This document shows, piece after piece, positions 9,855 to 19,823 of a DNA stretch of 64,000 bases. The notes below the pieces were generated by a model. The model did no database searches, was not told where the DNA came from, and saw only the letters and a program-made list of their open reading frames with translations. The position numbers and the translations under genes were made by a program. Source of the DNA: Alphaproteobacteria bacterium (GTDB lineage: Bacteria > Pseudomonadota > Alphaproteobacteria > Rhizobiales > Xanthobacteraceae); the NCBI GenBank assembly GCA_005885285.1, contig VAZG01000187.1, positions 2,282 through 66,281 on the forward strand, given 5' to 3'. Each line of letters begins with the position of its first letter. The stretch's first letter is position 1.

Positions 9855-10052
9855 ATGGCTGAAATAAATAAACTCTCTGTCGGCAAAGTGCTCGACAAGC
9901 TGCGCAGCAACGATGCGCAAAAAGGCGCAAAGACCACTCAGCTCGAAAAGAAAATTAATACGACTGATGAAGAGATACAGCGCTTGAGAGCGGCAAGCCG
10001 CCGTTTTAAGCGGGGGCCGCGAGCCGGCACGACCGGGCCCGGGCCCGATTGA
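9855..10052 (+). CDS. small hypothetical coiled-coil protein
   Basis: Strong RBS (GAGGAGG) upstream; MAEINKLSVGKVLDKLR. Confidence 0.55.
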   Translation: MAEINKLSVGKVLDKLRSNDAQKGAKTTQLEKKINTTDEEIQRLRAASRRFKRGPRAGTTGPGPD

Positions 10053-10300
10053 GATTTCCGCAAACCTTCTTCAAGAGCGTCGCCGATGGTCCTCGTGCTC
10101 GCCATCGCTGCGGGAAATACCATTCTTAGTGAGACGTTCGCGCTCCAGACTGAGGGTTCGTAGCCGTGGAGAGAGAATTCCCTTCAACGAATGCGCGAAG
10201 CAGACACCGCGACCAGAAAGCCCGCTTCCGCTAGCCGTCACCTTAAGAAAAGGCCTAGAGTTCGGACCTCGCGCGACAACGCTCGGTCCGAATCAACTCC

Positions 10301-10735
10301 TCACCAATAGCCAAACCAGCCAAACTGCTGTTGCCGCGCCACCAGGAACGCAGGGGGCGCCAAGCGTTTCTTTGTAAATTTGCGTTGGCGGTGCAGCCTC
10401 GGTTCTCGCTTTTTTGCATCGGATGATGGTAGCTGGCTGACATCAGACGATCGCAGTTGCGCATATGCCTCCCATTCCCCCGCCTTGGCAGGCGCGATCG
10501 TTGCCGGGGCCGCGGCGCTCTCCTCCATGTTCGCGACCTGTGCAGGGATGATCGTCGGGAGGTTAGTGTCGTAAACAATGCGCTCCGGCCATTTCCGATC
10601 GGAATGAATGCGGATGACGTAGGAAGCCGTACTAGCGCTGTGCTCAACCGGCAATTTCGGAAAATAGGCATCAGAAATAAACAGCAGCGCGAGCAACACT
10701 CCGCCAACATAGTAAAAATATCGCGCGAGGGGCAT
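10301..10735 (-). CDS. membrane-anchored hypothetical protein (IRIHSDRKWPERIVYDT family)
   Basis: N-terminal TM; paralog at 30162-30588. Confidence 0.7.
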   Translation of the reverse strand: MPLARYFYYVGGVLLALLFISDAYFPKLPVEHSASTASYVIRIHSDRKWPERIVYDTNLPTIIPAQVANMEESAAAPATIAPAKAGEWEAYAQLRSSDVSQLPSSDAKKREPRLHRQRKFTKKRLAPPAFLVARQQQFGWFGYW

Positions 10736-11019
10736 TGGTCGCTCCATCTCCCCCGCCATTGTTCCACCTGGCAAGCATTGATCGATTGTCAGCGTTCTGT
10801 GCGCCGCTCCTGACGCCGCTCCATGCCAGCAGTCTGGGCGTCGCCTCACATGCCGTACTGACCGCGGAGGATGCCGTTAGACTGAAGGCAGCAACCGATG
10901 CCAAAAGAGAAAGAGCCTTTCGACGGGAGATCACTTCCGAATTGAATATTTCGCTCTTGGTCAGAATTCCTCGGACGGATCTGGCCAATTTCTGATGCGC
11001 GTGGTTCCAAGGTGCAGTG

Positions 11020-11033
11020 TTGATCCAAATCAA
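11020..11033. promoter_or_regulatory. FixK/FNR box
   Basis: TTGAT-CCAA-ATCAA, perfect, between divergent genes. Confidence 0.7.
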
Positions 11034-11160
11034 CGAAGCAATCACACACGGCGCAACGCTCGTGGCAGGTTGCGGCTCTCCGGCGCAACTTGTTCCGGGA
11101 TCGTCTAGGCGATCAGAGGAATAGGGCTTTTCGGCAACTGTGCAAGGAAGGACAGTAATC

Positions 11161-11451
11161 ATGTCACGTCGAACGATCTTCTCGTTGTTTGCGTCCGTTA
11201 TAATGGGCATCGCGTGCATGGCCATGATTTCAACTGATGCGTTCGCATATCGCGGCGGTGGACGCGTTGGCGTAGGCCGCGTTGGTGTTCATCACGGAGG
11301 CGCCTATCGCGGCGGCGTTTACCGGGGCGCAGCCGTACGTCGTGGCGTGGCGGTAGGCGTTGGCGCTGCTGCCGTCGGCGCTGCTGCCTACGGGGCTTAC
11401 GGACGTTACGCGCCAAGCTGCGGATACTATCCCAATCCGCCCTGCTACTAG
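11161..11451 (+). CDS. small secreted Gly/Arg/Val-rich protein
   Basis: Signal peptide ending AFA; RGGGRVGVGRV..RRGVAVGVGAAAVG; C-terminal CGYYPNPPCY. Confidence 0.7.
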   Translation: MSRRTIFSLFASVIMGIACMAMISTDAFAYRGGGRVGVGRVGVHHGGAYRGGVYRGAAVRRGVAVGVGAAAVGAAAYGAYGRYAPSCGYYPNPPCY

Positions 11452-11742
11452 AGCTGTCGTGCAAGCCGGTCTCCTTGAGGGGACCGGACGATGCGAACAT
11501 TGGTTGTGGCCAGTGCGCGTTCGGCAGGCTTTACGTGATTCAATTCGGGCCAGCACTTGGCGCGACGCTTTTCTGGGTATCGCCGATACCAAAAGAATAC
11601 AGGCGCCGCGTTTGGTCGCTGATCAGGCCTGTCGGTGTGGTCTGAAAGCCGTTCGGCTTGCCCAGCCGCTACTCCTGAAGGACTGGAACGACCGGCTCTG
11701 CTGAACGTCCGAGTAATGCCGGTGCGTCACTCCTGGCGACAG

Positions 11743-12015
11743 ATGCCGTATACGTGGTACGTGACTTTCGAGGTGCAGAAACGCGGTGTATTGCCTCGGA
11801 GGAGAAGCCCTCGGGCAACTAGAAGATTTGAGACTGAAAAGGAAGCCAGGGACTTCGCACGAGCGAAGTTCGATGAGGGACTGACTGTCTATGCCGGCAC
11901 TATCAACCCTCATTTGCCGAGACAGTTGATACCCTCGAGAAGCATCCCTTCCTGGCTCGGACAGGAAGAACAAGAAAACGCGGCGCCAGATGGCGCTCGG
12001 AAGCAAAAAAAGTAG
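11743..12015 (+). CDS. hypothetical basic protein
   Basis: MPYTWYVTFEV..YAGTINPHLPRQLIPS; plausible composition, no recognised domain. Confidence 0.5.
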   Translation: MPYTWYVTFEVQKRGVLPRRRSPRATRRFETEKEARDFARAKFDEGLTVYAGTINPHLPRQLIPSRSIPSWLGQEEQENAAPDGARKQKK

Positions 12016-12611
12016 CAGGCGGAATTGCGATTTGCACAACGGTTCGACGATGCGAAACCGGCGAGCTGATCCATCCCGCCTGCGAGCCGCCGCTTCAAAG
12101 CGACTTGGTTCCGGGCCCATCCGAGTCTGCTCGCGTTCAGCAGCGCTCGCTGCTGTTCACGGAAAAGGTCAGTAACACGTACATGAATTGAACCCTAGGT
12201 GTGATTCTATTGATTGCTCTTGTGTGTTGCCATTTTGGCATGGGGCCCTGGAGCGCACGCGCAACCGCGAAAGCGTCGCGAGAAGCTGTTGTAGAGGGAG
12301 GTCTGAAAGGTAACTAAACGAGACCCTGTTCTCGTACGAACGGACCCCTCTTTGCGGCTGCGCGAGAAGAAATCGCGTCGTCGCATGGCGCACCCCAAGG
12401 AAACGCGTCAGCAGGCACAACCTAGCACCTGGCGAAATTGAAGTCAGTTGGAAACGACGTTGAATAGGCGCCAGCCCCATCTCCGTTCCGGGTCCATCAA
12501 GGTACGTCGCGACTAAGCCTCGGAATGTCCGCTTCGGCTCCCTGGCAGCGGAGATGGCTGCGCGCGGGGGCCGACGTCAGTTGGGCGCCAAAGGGTGCCA
12601 TGGTCGCGCAT

Positions 12612-13322
12612 CTACCCCGTCACCTCACCCGCCGGCTCCGGACTTAGCCAGCGATAGATCAAGCCACCAGCTGCGCCCCCGATCAATGGCGCCACCCAAA
12701 ACAACCAGAGCTGCGCCAGCGCCCAACCGCCCACGAAAAGCGCGGGCCCGGTGCTGCGCGCCGGGTTCACAGAAGTATTGGTCACGCGGATGCTGAACAG
12801 ATGAACGAGGGTCAGCGCAAGGCCTATGGCGATTGGCGCAAATCCCGTCGGCGCCTTGCCGTGAGTTGCGCCCATGATGACGAAAAGAAACATCATCGTC
12901 AGCACGACTTCGGTCAGCACGCAGGCGCCTAGTCCGTATTTGCCGGGCGAGTGATCGCCATATCCGTTCGCCGCAAATCCACCAGCAAGGTTGAAGTCGG
13001 GCGATCCGCTGGCAATGGCATACAGCACTGTGGCGCCGACGATCGCACCAACCACTTGCGCTACCACGTAGGGGAAGACGAGGCTGGGCGGGAACCGTCG
13101 TCCGAATGTCAATCCCACGGTCACCGCCGGATTGAGATGGCAGCCCGAGACGTGGCCGATGGCATAGGCCATCGTGAGCAGGGTGAGGCCGAAAGCCAAG
13201 GCCACGCCGAGCATTCCGATGCCCACCTGAGGAATTCCGGCCGCGATCACGGCACTGCCGCAGCCGCCGAACGTCAACCAGAAGGTACCGATTGCTTCGG
13301 CCGCAAGTTTCTTGCCGTCCAT
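12612..13322 (-). CDS. aqpZ: aquaporin Z
   Basis: [18 protein letters not shown]; two NPA motifs (HLNPAV, SVNPARS). Confidence 0.95.
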   Translation of the reverse strand: MDGKKLAAEAIGTFWLTFGGCGSAVIAAGIPQVGIGMLGVALAFGLTLLTMAYAIGHVSGCHLNPAVTVGLTFGRRFPPSLVFPYVVAQVVGAIVGATVLYAIASGSPDFNLAGGFAANGYGDHSPGKYGLGACVLTEVVLTMMFLFVIMGATHGKAPTGFAPIAIGLALTLVHLFSIRVTNTSVNPARSTGPALFVGGWALAQLWLFWVAPLIGGAAGGLIYRWLSPEPAGEVTG

Positions 13323-13618
13323 TACAATCCTCCCTGGTCACTGAGGTTCAATTTTCGCGAATTTCCAAATGGCAGTGAGCAATGCTAAACGGCCTGTCAG
13401 GAAGGAAAAAGTCTTAGCCAGCGACATTAACGTCGACCCAGGGTCACTCAGCGTAGTTCTGACCGTCGGACCTAAGTCCCGTTTACGGGGCACGGACGCA
13501 AGCGGGCCGGTAGCCGCCGCGTCTGCAGCGGCTCCGCCTAGGACGCCCGTCTCCGTTTTGTTGTGAATGGACCCGAGAGGCGGCTCAAAAAGCCGCCGAT
13601 TTCGCCCATGTCGTTCTG

Positions 13619-13743
13619 TTGGCAGTGATGCATCAGTCCGTCGTCAAGCTTGACCATTTCACCGGGCGTGCACGTGAGGCCGTTGCGCGCCTGGTGGTCA
13701 TTCCACCCGCTGTAGCCGTACCCGGGGGCCGCCCGCGTAGTAG
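13619..13743 (-). pseudogene. remnant of a YYxGGPWxGYSGWxDxxARN family gene
   Basis: Reads YYAGGP-(frameshift)-YGYSGWNDHQARNGLTCTPGEMVKLDDGLMHHCQ; homologous fragment at 39643-39711. Confidence 0.55.
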
Positions 13744-13744
13744 G

Positions 13745-13766
13745 CCCCTCACTGCGTAGTGAGGGG
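13745..13766 (-). terminator. hairpin, likely terminator of the 13796-14299 gene
   Basis: CCCCTCACT-GCGT-AGTGAGGGG, 9-bp perfect stem about 30 bp after the stop; no strong U tract. Confidence 0.45.
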
Positions 13767-13795
13767 TGCTACTAATTGAACGACGAGAAGTGACG

Positions 13796-14299
13796 CTATT
13801 GCGTCTTGATTGTCCCGTTCGCGTTGAAGTTGTTCTTCGGATCGTACCCGGCGTCGTGTAGATTTCGGATATAAAGGTCGTAGTCGCTGCTACTCACACC
13901 GCCCCCCGCTGCGGATGGGTAACCGCCATAGTAGGCCGCCCTAGCCCCGAAAGCTCCGCCCCCGTAGTATCGACCACCACCGTAGTAACCTGTGCCTGTG
14001 TGGTAGGGGCTGCCTCCCCATCCCACGTTGGGTGAGGTGGCCGCAACCGCGGCAGCTGTACCGACCGCTGCGGCGCCTGCGCCGATTGCACCGGCGCCAT
14101 AACCATAACCAGCCCGCCGCGCATGTCGACGCGCAACACCTGCACCGCTCATGGGGGTCAGCGGGCGACCCACCCGTGCCTGAGCGCTCTCGACTGATAG
14201 CGTGACGCCGCCTTGCTCAGACCGACCGAAGGAGAGCAGCGCCGTACACGCAAACGTCGAGGCTGCAACAGCAACTGTCATCAGACCCATCTGCTTCAT
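13796..14299 (-). CDS. secreted Gly/Tyr-rich protein (ESAQARVGRP family)
   Basis: Signal-like N-terminus; LSVESAQARVGRPLTPMSGAGVARR motif shared with 39185-39454. Confidence 0.7.
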   Translation of the reverse strand: MKQMGLMTVAVAASTFACTALLSFGRSEQGGVTLSVESAQARVGRPLTPMSGAGVARRHARRAGYGYGAGAIGAGAAAVGTAAAVAATSPNVGWGGSPYHTGTGYYGGGRYYGGGAFGARAAYYGGYPSAAGGGVSSSDYDLYIRNLHDAGYDPKNNFNANGTIKTQ

Positions 14300-14483
14300 G
14301 GACTTTCTCCGTTACCTGCTTGCCCCATTTCGAAAACCATATGGCCTTCTCGTCCACGCCCCTTTGCGCACAGCCACTGATCCACATCACGCGCCGCCTG
14401 CCGCCTGCGGCCATCTGCTCTGGCAGCCTTAGCGCGCTCAAATCGCCGGCGCCTCCATCCCCGGCAGTTTGAATGCGCCGGCG

Positions 14484-14705
14484 CTAACAAGTCATTCCGA
14501 CTGCGCACCTACGGACGGCTCGGCGGGTCTGGCGAACGGCGGTTCTTGCCACACAAACCCCGTTCACCCGCGTCATGCCCGCGCCGCAGGCTCGAGCGAC
14601 TTTCGTAATCATGCCGTCCGGTTGAGGAATCGGCGCAGGCGTCATTGCTTGTGCCGATGTTGCAACCGATAAGGCGAAGCCAGCAACAGCCAACAACCTG
14701 ATCAT
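14484..14705 (-). CDS. small secreted Arg/Cys-containing protein
   Basis: Signal peptide (SAQA); CGAGMTRVNGVCVARTAVRQTRRAVRRC. Confidence 0.65.
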   Translation of the reverse strand: MIRLLAVAGFALSVATSAQAMTPAPIPQPDGMITKVARACGAGMTRVNGVCVARTAVRQTRRAVRRCAVGMTC

Positions 14706-14818
14706 TCTGCTCCTCCCTTAACCGTCCAATCGCTCTGGCCTCCCACAGCCCGGGATGGTCCGGCTCTCGTGTTCAAGTACTTCCCTCTACTAATTTCCGG
14801 CACTGGTCGCTCGAAGGC

Positions 14819-14832
14819 TTGAGATAGATCAA
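14819..14832. promoter_or_regulatory. FixK/FNR-like box
   Basis: TTGAG-ATAG-ATCAA, about 115 bp upstream of the 14705 start. Confidence 0.55.
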
Positions 14833-15108
14833 GGTCCATAAGACGACCGAGCCGGAACCTTCTCGAAACCCAGAAGACCGGCCATGACGCGCCGAGCCGT
14901 CGGTCGTCCGACGCGGGTACAAGGCCGCGTTCGCTTGAGAGCCCTAGCACGCTCCGCTCCTCACGCCTGGTGACTTAGCAGCGGACATCCCAATTTCGTC
15001 GGTTCAAGATCACGACCCAGATTCCAAGCAGCGGCCAGATCTCCCCTCTTCTCCCCGAAAGCGACATTCAACGAGGCGACCGGAACGCAGCCCTGCCAGG
15101 TTCATGCG

Positions 15109-15122
15109 TTGACTTGAATCAA
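15109..15122. promoter_or_regulatory. FixK/FNR-like box
   Basis: TTGAC-TTGA-ATCAA upstream of the SulP gene. Confidence 0.55.
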
Positions 15123-15178
15123 ACGAACCTGTCGGCAGAGCCTTATTCAAAATTGTGAATCGGTGGCTTTGGTGCTGC

Positions 15179-16894
15179 ATGGCGAGTTCGGTGAGGCATC
15201 AAAAGGAGGCGACTCGGCTTGCGACTTGGCTTGGATGGTTTCCGCCAGTTCGCTGGTTGGCCCAGTATCAGTCCTCCTGGCTCTTCAGCGATATTGTCGC
15301 CGGAATCACGTTGGCCGCCTATGCGATACCCGTTTCCCTTGCCTATGCGGGACTTGCGGGCCTGCCTCCACAAGTTGGCGTCTATGGATATCTGCTCGGC
15401 GGTCTCGGCTACGCCCTGCTCGGCTCCTCGCGTCAGCTTGCGATCGGTCCTACCTCCGCCATTTCACTTATGATTGCTGGAACTGTGGGAGCTATGGCTG
15501 ATGGCGACGCTCAACGGTATGCGCAGATCGCAAGCCTCAGCGCCTTCACCGTCGCCGGACTTTGCCTGTTCGCATGGCTGCTGCGATTGAGTGCGCTCGT
15601 GAAGCTGATCAGCGACAGCATCCTTGTGGGCTTCAAGGCCGGCGCAGGCTTGACTATTGCGATGACTCAGCTGCCGAGTCTTCTCGGGGTTGCCGGCGGC
15701 GGGCATAACTTTTTTGACCGTAGCTGGCTGTTGCTGGGGCAACTCGGCCAGACGCAGTACGTCGTTCTCCTGGTCGGTGTTGTTGCGATCGGATTGCTCG
15801 TGCTCGGCGAGCGACTACTGCCGGGAAAGCCTGTCGCGCTCGGGGTTGTCACGCTAGCGATCATTGCTGCCATCATACTGGGGCTTCCCTCGCTCGGTGT
15901 ACCGACGACAGGGAAAATCCCGGCGGGCTTACCCGTCTTGGCAGGGCCGGCTCTCAGGTTGCGCGACGTCGAGGGAATAGTTCCACTGGCAGCCGGCTGC
16001 GTGCTGCTGGCGTATATTGAGAGCGTCTCCGCCGCCCGCGCCTTCGCTGCCAAACACGGATATGCCCTCGATCCCCGGCAAGAGCTTCTGGGGATCGGGG
16101 CAGCCAACTTCGCAGCAGCGATGGGGCAAGGTTACCCGGTAGCCGGTGGCCTGTCGCAATCGGCCGTGAATGACAAGGCTGGCGCGCGCACGTCCTTGGC
16201 ACTCGTCTTTGCCTCGATGACGCTTGCGCTTTGCTTGCTCTTTCTCACCGGCCTGCTCGAGAACCTTCCAAAGGCGGTGCTGGCTGCCGTCGTCTTGACC
16301 GCGGTGTACGGCTTGCTGGATTTTCCGGCGCTGTTCCGCATGTGGCGAGTTAGTAGGCTGGATTTCGGCGCCGCGACTATCGCTCTTCTGGCTGTGCTGC
16401 TTCTCGGCATACTCCAAGGCATTCTGCTTGCCGCACTGGCCTCGATACTATTGCTGCTCGCTCGCGTGTCGCAGCCAAATATTGCGTTTCTCGGCCGTGT
16501 TCCGGGCACCAACCACTATTCCGATCTGGCCCGTCATCCCGAAAACGAGCCGCTAACAAGCGCATTTGCCTTTCGTCCCGAAGCATCCCTGATTTACGTC
16601 AATGCCGACTCTGTTCGGGAAGCGGTCTTCAGGCGTCTTCGTGAAGCTGATTCTCCGGCCATTCGCCTGGCCGTCTGCGATCTCTCCGCCGCGCCATATA
16701 TGGATCTTGCAGGCTCACGCATGCTACGCGAGCTCCAGGCCGAACTTGCCGACCGCGGTATTTTGCTCCGCATCATCGGTGCTCGCGGATCGGTGCGCGA
16801 TCTGCTTCGGGCCGATGGCATCGAGGACAAGGTGGGACGCCTCGACCGCACCTTGACCCTCGACGGCTTACTTGCTGCCAATCTCCAGGTCTAA
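15179..16894 (+). CDS. SulP/SLC26 family anion permease with STAS domain
   Basis: DIVAGITLAAYAIPVSLAYA, GSSRQLAIGP; C-terminal STAS (DLSAAPYMD). Confidence 0.92.
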   Translation: MASSVRHQKEATRLATWLGWFPPVRWLAQYQSSWLFSDIVAGITLAAYAIPVSLAYAGLAGLPPQVGVYGYLLGGLGYALLGSSRQLAIGPTSAISLMIAGTVGAMADGDAQRYAQIASLSAFTVAGLCLFAWLLRLSALVKLISDSILVGFKAGAGLTIAMTQLPSLLGVAGGGHNFFDRSWLLLGQLGQTQYVVLLVGVVAIGLLVLGERLLPGKPVALGVVTLAIIAAIILGLPSLGVPTTGKIPAGLPVLAGPALRLRDVEGIVPLAAGCVLLAYIESVSAARAFAAKHGYALDPRQELLGIGAANFAAAMGQGYPVAGGLSQSAVNDKAGARTSLALVFASMTLALCLLFLTGLLENLPKAVLAAVVLTAVYGLLDFPALFRMWRVSRLDFGAATIALLAVLLLGILQGILLAALASILLLLARVSQPNIAFLGRVPGTNHYSDLARHPENEPLTSAFAFRPEASLIYVNADSVREAVFRRLREADSPAIRLAVCDLSAAPYMDLAGSRMLRELQAELADRGILLRIIGARGSVRDLLRADGIEDKVGRLDRTLTLDGLLAANLQV

Positions 16895-16958
16895 CCCGCC
16901 AGTATGCCGGTCCTGGGCGCAATAGCTTCTCCGGGCCCTTGAGAAGACCGGCGTCGGC

Positions 16959-16972
16959 TTGAGCTAGATCAA
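16959..16972. promoter_or_regulatory. FixK/FNR-like box
   Basis: TTGAG-CTAG-ATCAA upstream of the HdeD gene. Confidence 0.55.
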
Positions 16973-17175
16973 AAGCGTTCGCACATTCGGGTGGACTGCT
17001 TGCGACATCTGCAACACCACGGTTGGTGATAGTCGACACACTGGATCGCCTTCTGAGATTGCGGCTTGTGCGATGTGCTTGAGGTGGACTGCGAGCGCGA
17101 AGCTAAAGATCAGCGGCACGATCCGGATGGAAGGCTTAGAGCAGCGTCGGACAGCTTTCCGCATTGGAGGACGTC

Positions 17176-17781
17176 ATGACAAGCGCTACGCATACACTGC
17201 AAAATTCTCAAACCGCATCATCAGAGATGGCGCCGCTACGTGCCAAGTGGGGCTGGATCGTTGCCCTGGGCGCCGTCTATACAATTGCCGGTTTCTTTGC
17301 GCTCGGCAGCATCGCGATGGCTACAGTGGCGAGTGTGCTCGTCGTCGGCGTGGCAATGATTGTCGCCGGCGTTGCCGAAGTCATCAATGCCTTTCAGATC
17401 AAGAGCTGGGGCAAATTCCTGATTTGGGCCTTGCTCGGTGTGCTCTATATCGTTGCTGGTTTCGTGACATTCGAAAATCCCCTACTCGCCGCGGCTCTGC
17501 TCACACTCGTGCTGGGCGGCTCGCTGCTCGCTTCCGGGATCATGCGGATCATCTTGGCATTCAACATGAAGCGCGAAGCGCCCTCGATCTGGGTAGCGGT
17601 ATCCGGCGTCATCACTCTGCTGCTCGGCTTGTTGATCCTTGCGCGCTGGCCGATCAACAGCGTTTATATCCTCGGCTTGTTCCTCGGAATCGATCTCATC
17701 ATAGCAGGTGCGGGCTGGATCGGAATCGGTTTGGGCTTGCACCGCGGTCAGGCTTCGTCACATATGCCATCGCTGGCTTGA
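17176..17781 (+). CDS. HdeD family (DUF308) membrane protein
   Basis: LRAKWGWIVALG; six TM helices; WP..S.YILGLFLGIDL. Confidence 0.85.
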   Translation: MTSATHTLQNSQTASSEMAPLRAKWGWIVALGAVYTIAGFFALGSIAMATVASVLVVGVAMIVAGVAEVINAFQIKSWGKFLIWALLGVLYIVAGFVTFENPLLAAALLTLVLGGSLLASGIMRIILAFNMKREAPSIWVAVSGVITLLLGLLILARWPINSVYILGLFLGIDLIIAGAGWIGIGLGLHRGQASSHMPSLA

Positions 17782-17851
17782 TCGCGCTGCCATGCTGCTA
17801 ATCGTCGCGCGCCCGATGACTCAGAGATTTCGGTTTTTCGGAGAAGACTCC

Positions 17852-18085
17852 ATGCGCTGGTTCTATCTCGCCGTCATCGTCTTGTTCGCGGTCGCGACGC
17901 TTGTCTTCGCACTGCAGAACTTCGAAATCGTGACCATCTCGTTCCTCAGCTTCAAGGTTCACGCGCCGCTCGCGGTCGTGACGCTTGTCGTTTACGTCTT
18001 GGGCGCGGCGACGGGGGGTAGCCTCTTGACGCTACTGCGGCGATCTTACGAACGGTCAAGACAGGGCATTATGCCCGCTTCGTGA
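17852..18085 (+). CDS. LapA/DUF1049-like small membrane protein
   Basis: FALQNFEIVTISFL between two TM helices. Confidence 0.7.
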   Translation: MRWFYLAVIVLFAVATLVFALQNFEIVTISFLSFKVHAPLAVVTLVVYVLGAATGGSLLTLLRRSYERSRQGIMPAS

Positions 18086-18196
18086 GAAGGCTTGTGCAAA
18101 GGCTGGCTTTCGGCAGCCATTACCTTTGAGAGCGATTTATTACCGCACACACAGAGAGAGGTGTGCACAACGTGAGCGACGATCTAACTGACGCGT

Positions 18197-18628
18197 TCAC
18201 TCGAGTGTAATTCTGATTCCGCTCAGATTAGCCGAGAACTCCACGCCCGCCTTTGGACCCTGCAGCGTGATGATCACGCCCTTTTCATTCTTTAACTGCA
18301 CGCCTCCGACACCGCCGGCCAAAGCAGCGCCACCGCCGACAGCGGTATAGGTGCCGGCGAAGTCGTTCAACTGACTCAAATATGAAGCCCGCCCGACCAG
18401 GCGAGTGGTTGACGCGCCAATCGTCAGGCCCAGGCTCAAACCCGAAACCCTGAACGGATATTCGCGGCCATCATACGTCAATACCCCGCGCCCTAGGCCA
18501 GCTCCCGCAACCAAGCCAGCCTTTGTAAATGTGACGCGGAGAAATCCGATTTTTGCGTGAGAGGGGTGGACAGGAAGAAAGGTTGCAAGCAACGTCAGCA
18601 GAGCAAGTTGCACCAGATACCTGCGCAT
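18197..18628 (-). CDS. secreted beta-rich protein (possibly DUF1134/EipA-like)
   Basis: Signal peptide; GRGVLTYDGREYPFRVSGLS..GGVQLKNEKGVII; paralog at 23520-23957. Confidence 0.65.
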   Translation of the reverse strand: MRRYLVQLALLTLLATFLPVHPSHAKIGFLRVTFTKAGLVAGAGLGRGVLTYDGREYPFRVSGLSLGLTIGASTTRLVGRASYLSQLNDFAGTYTAVGGGAALAGGVGGVQLKNEKGVIITLQGPKAGVEFSANLSGIRITLE

Positions 18629-18816
18629 CGAAGCACCTCCTTGTCAGCAACCAAGCCGAGCCAATTCAGACTGATCTCCCACGTACTCGCGACAACAGAC
18701 TATTTCCTTCGGCCGTCAGAAAACGCAGCCTCGATCACGTCCCCTATCCCCTGCCATATGCGGCCATCGAACTCCGAAGCCACGTCGGCATTCTGCCTGG
18801 ATCCATTTTCTGCTGC

Positions 18817-19677
18817 TCATTCAGGCGGCGGCATTTGCGGACCCGATAGTCTCACCTCTCGCTCTGCCCGGAACACGTTGCTATAGAGATTGGCTATCCA
18901 TTGTCGCCCGCTCGAGGTCACATTGAGATAGCGGATCGCCGTCTGTATCTGCGGCGCGACATGGGTCCAGTAGAACTGTGGATATTTGTAGACAACGTCC
19001 GCAGGCGTGTCGTAGCCGAGCGTCTTGTTCAAGCCGACCTCTTCAAACTCGCAGAAGAGAGCATTCGCCTTTCTCATGTAGCTTGGATCCCCGAGTTGGC
19101 CGATGAGGTCCGCCGCGCGCAACAGCAATCCCTCTTCCTCGTGTAGATCGTCCTCGTTTTGTGAGGGCAGGTAGGGAAAGCGCGTATATTCAATAGCCCT
19201 GGCAATCCGAGCTGCATCCAGCCCTTCGACCCCGTCAAGGCGTTCGATGACGAACAATTTGGAGCGGTCTACATGATATGGCGCGAGCGCAGCATCGGAG
19301 GACCCGGTCGGCAAACGGACGGTACGGCCAGAGACATCCGCAACGAAGGATGCTTCTTCGTCGCCTTGAACGATTCCCCGGACGTAACCGATATCGTGTG
19401 TGAGGCACGCCAGAATGAAATTGGCGTAGTCGCTGGCCGTCGTGGGACGCTGCAACGCCCGGCCGATCAATATGTCATGGCCGACCAGGGTGACGAGCAT
19501 CGAATGCTCGATGTTGTGATAGAGCGCATCGCTGTTGCCAATACATTCCAAGGTGAGCTTTGCCGCAGAAGGGAGAAGTTCTGCGACCCACGCCTGCGAA
19601 GCGCCAAACCGGAGTCTGGTTTCTGCGTTCAGGAATGAGCCCAACGCCTGGGCCACCAACTCAGGTATGGTGATCAT
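18817..19677 (-). CDS. HD-domain metal-dependent phosphohydrolase (Npun_R2479-like)
   Basis: NSDALYHNIEHS, LTHDIGY and RAADLIGQLGDP motifs. Confidence 0.8.
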   Translation of the reverse strand: MITIPELVAQALGSFLNAETRLRFGASQAWVAELLPSAAKLTLECIGNSDALYHNIEHSMLVTLVGHDILIGRALQRPTTASDYANFILACLTHDIGYVRGIVQGDEEASFVADVSGRTVRLPTGSSDAALAPYHVDRSKLFVIERLDGVEGLDAARIARAIEYTRFPYLPSQNEDDLHEEEGLLLRAADLIGQLGDPSYMRKANALFCEFEEVGLNKTLGYDTPADVVYKYPQFYWTHVAPQIQTAIRYLNVTSSGRQWIANLYSNVFRAEREVRLSGPQMPPPE

Positions 19678-19823
19678 CGCAGGACCGGTCCTCGCTGTGT
19701 TGAAACGCCATCCAACAATATCGAGATCGGGAATTCGGCCACAGGGCCTCTTCCATAGAAAGGTTCAAGCGACGACCTTTGGCGCCGCTGCACCGCCCAC
19801 GCCGGAGAAGCGCGCCAAACCGC

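Noticed and set aside
12240-12340. c-di-GMP-I riboswitch call
   Set aside because: Only the GAAA tetraloop hairpin and loose flanks resemble it; the conserved GGGAC/GCAAAG and receptor elements do not match. Kept only as a generic structured-RNA candidate.
102-14989. Short AGCGGACAT/TGTCCGCT elements at about 102, 1471, 12526 and 14980
   Set aside because: They look like abundant small intergenic repeats of this lineage and carry no specific information here.
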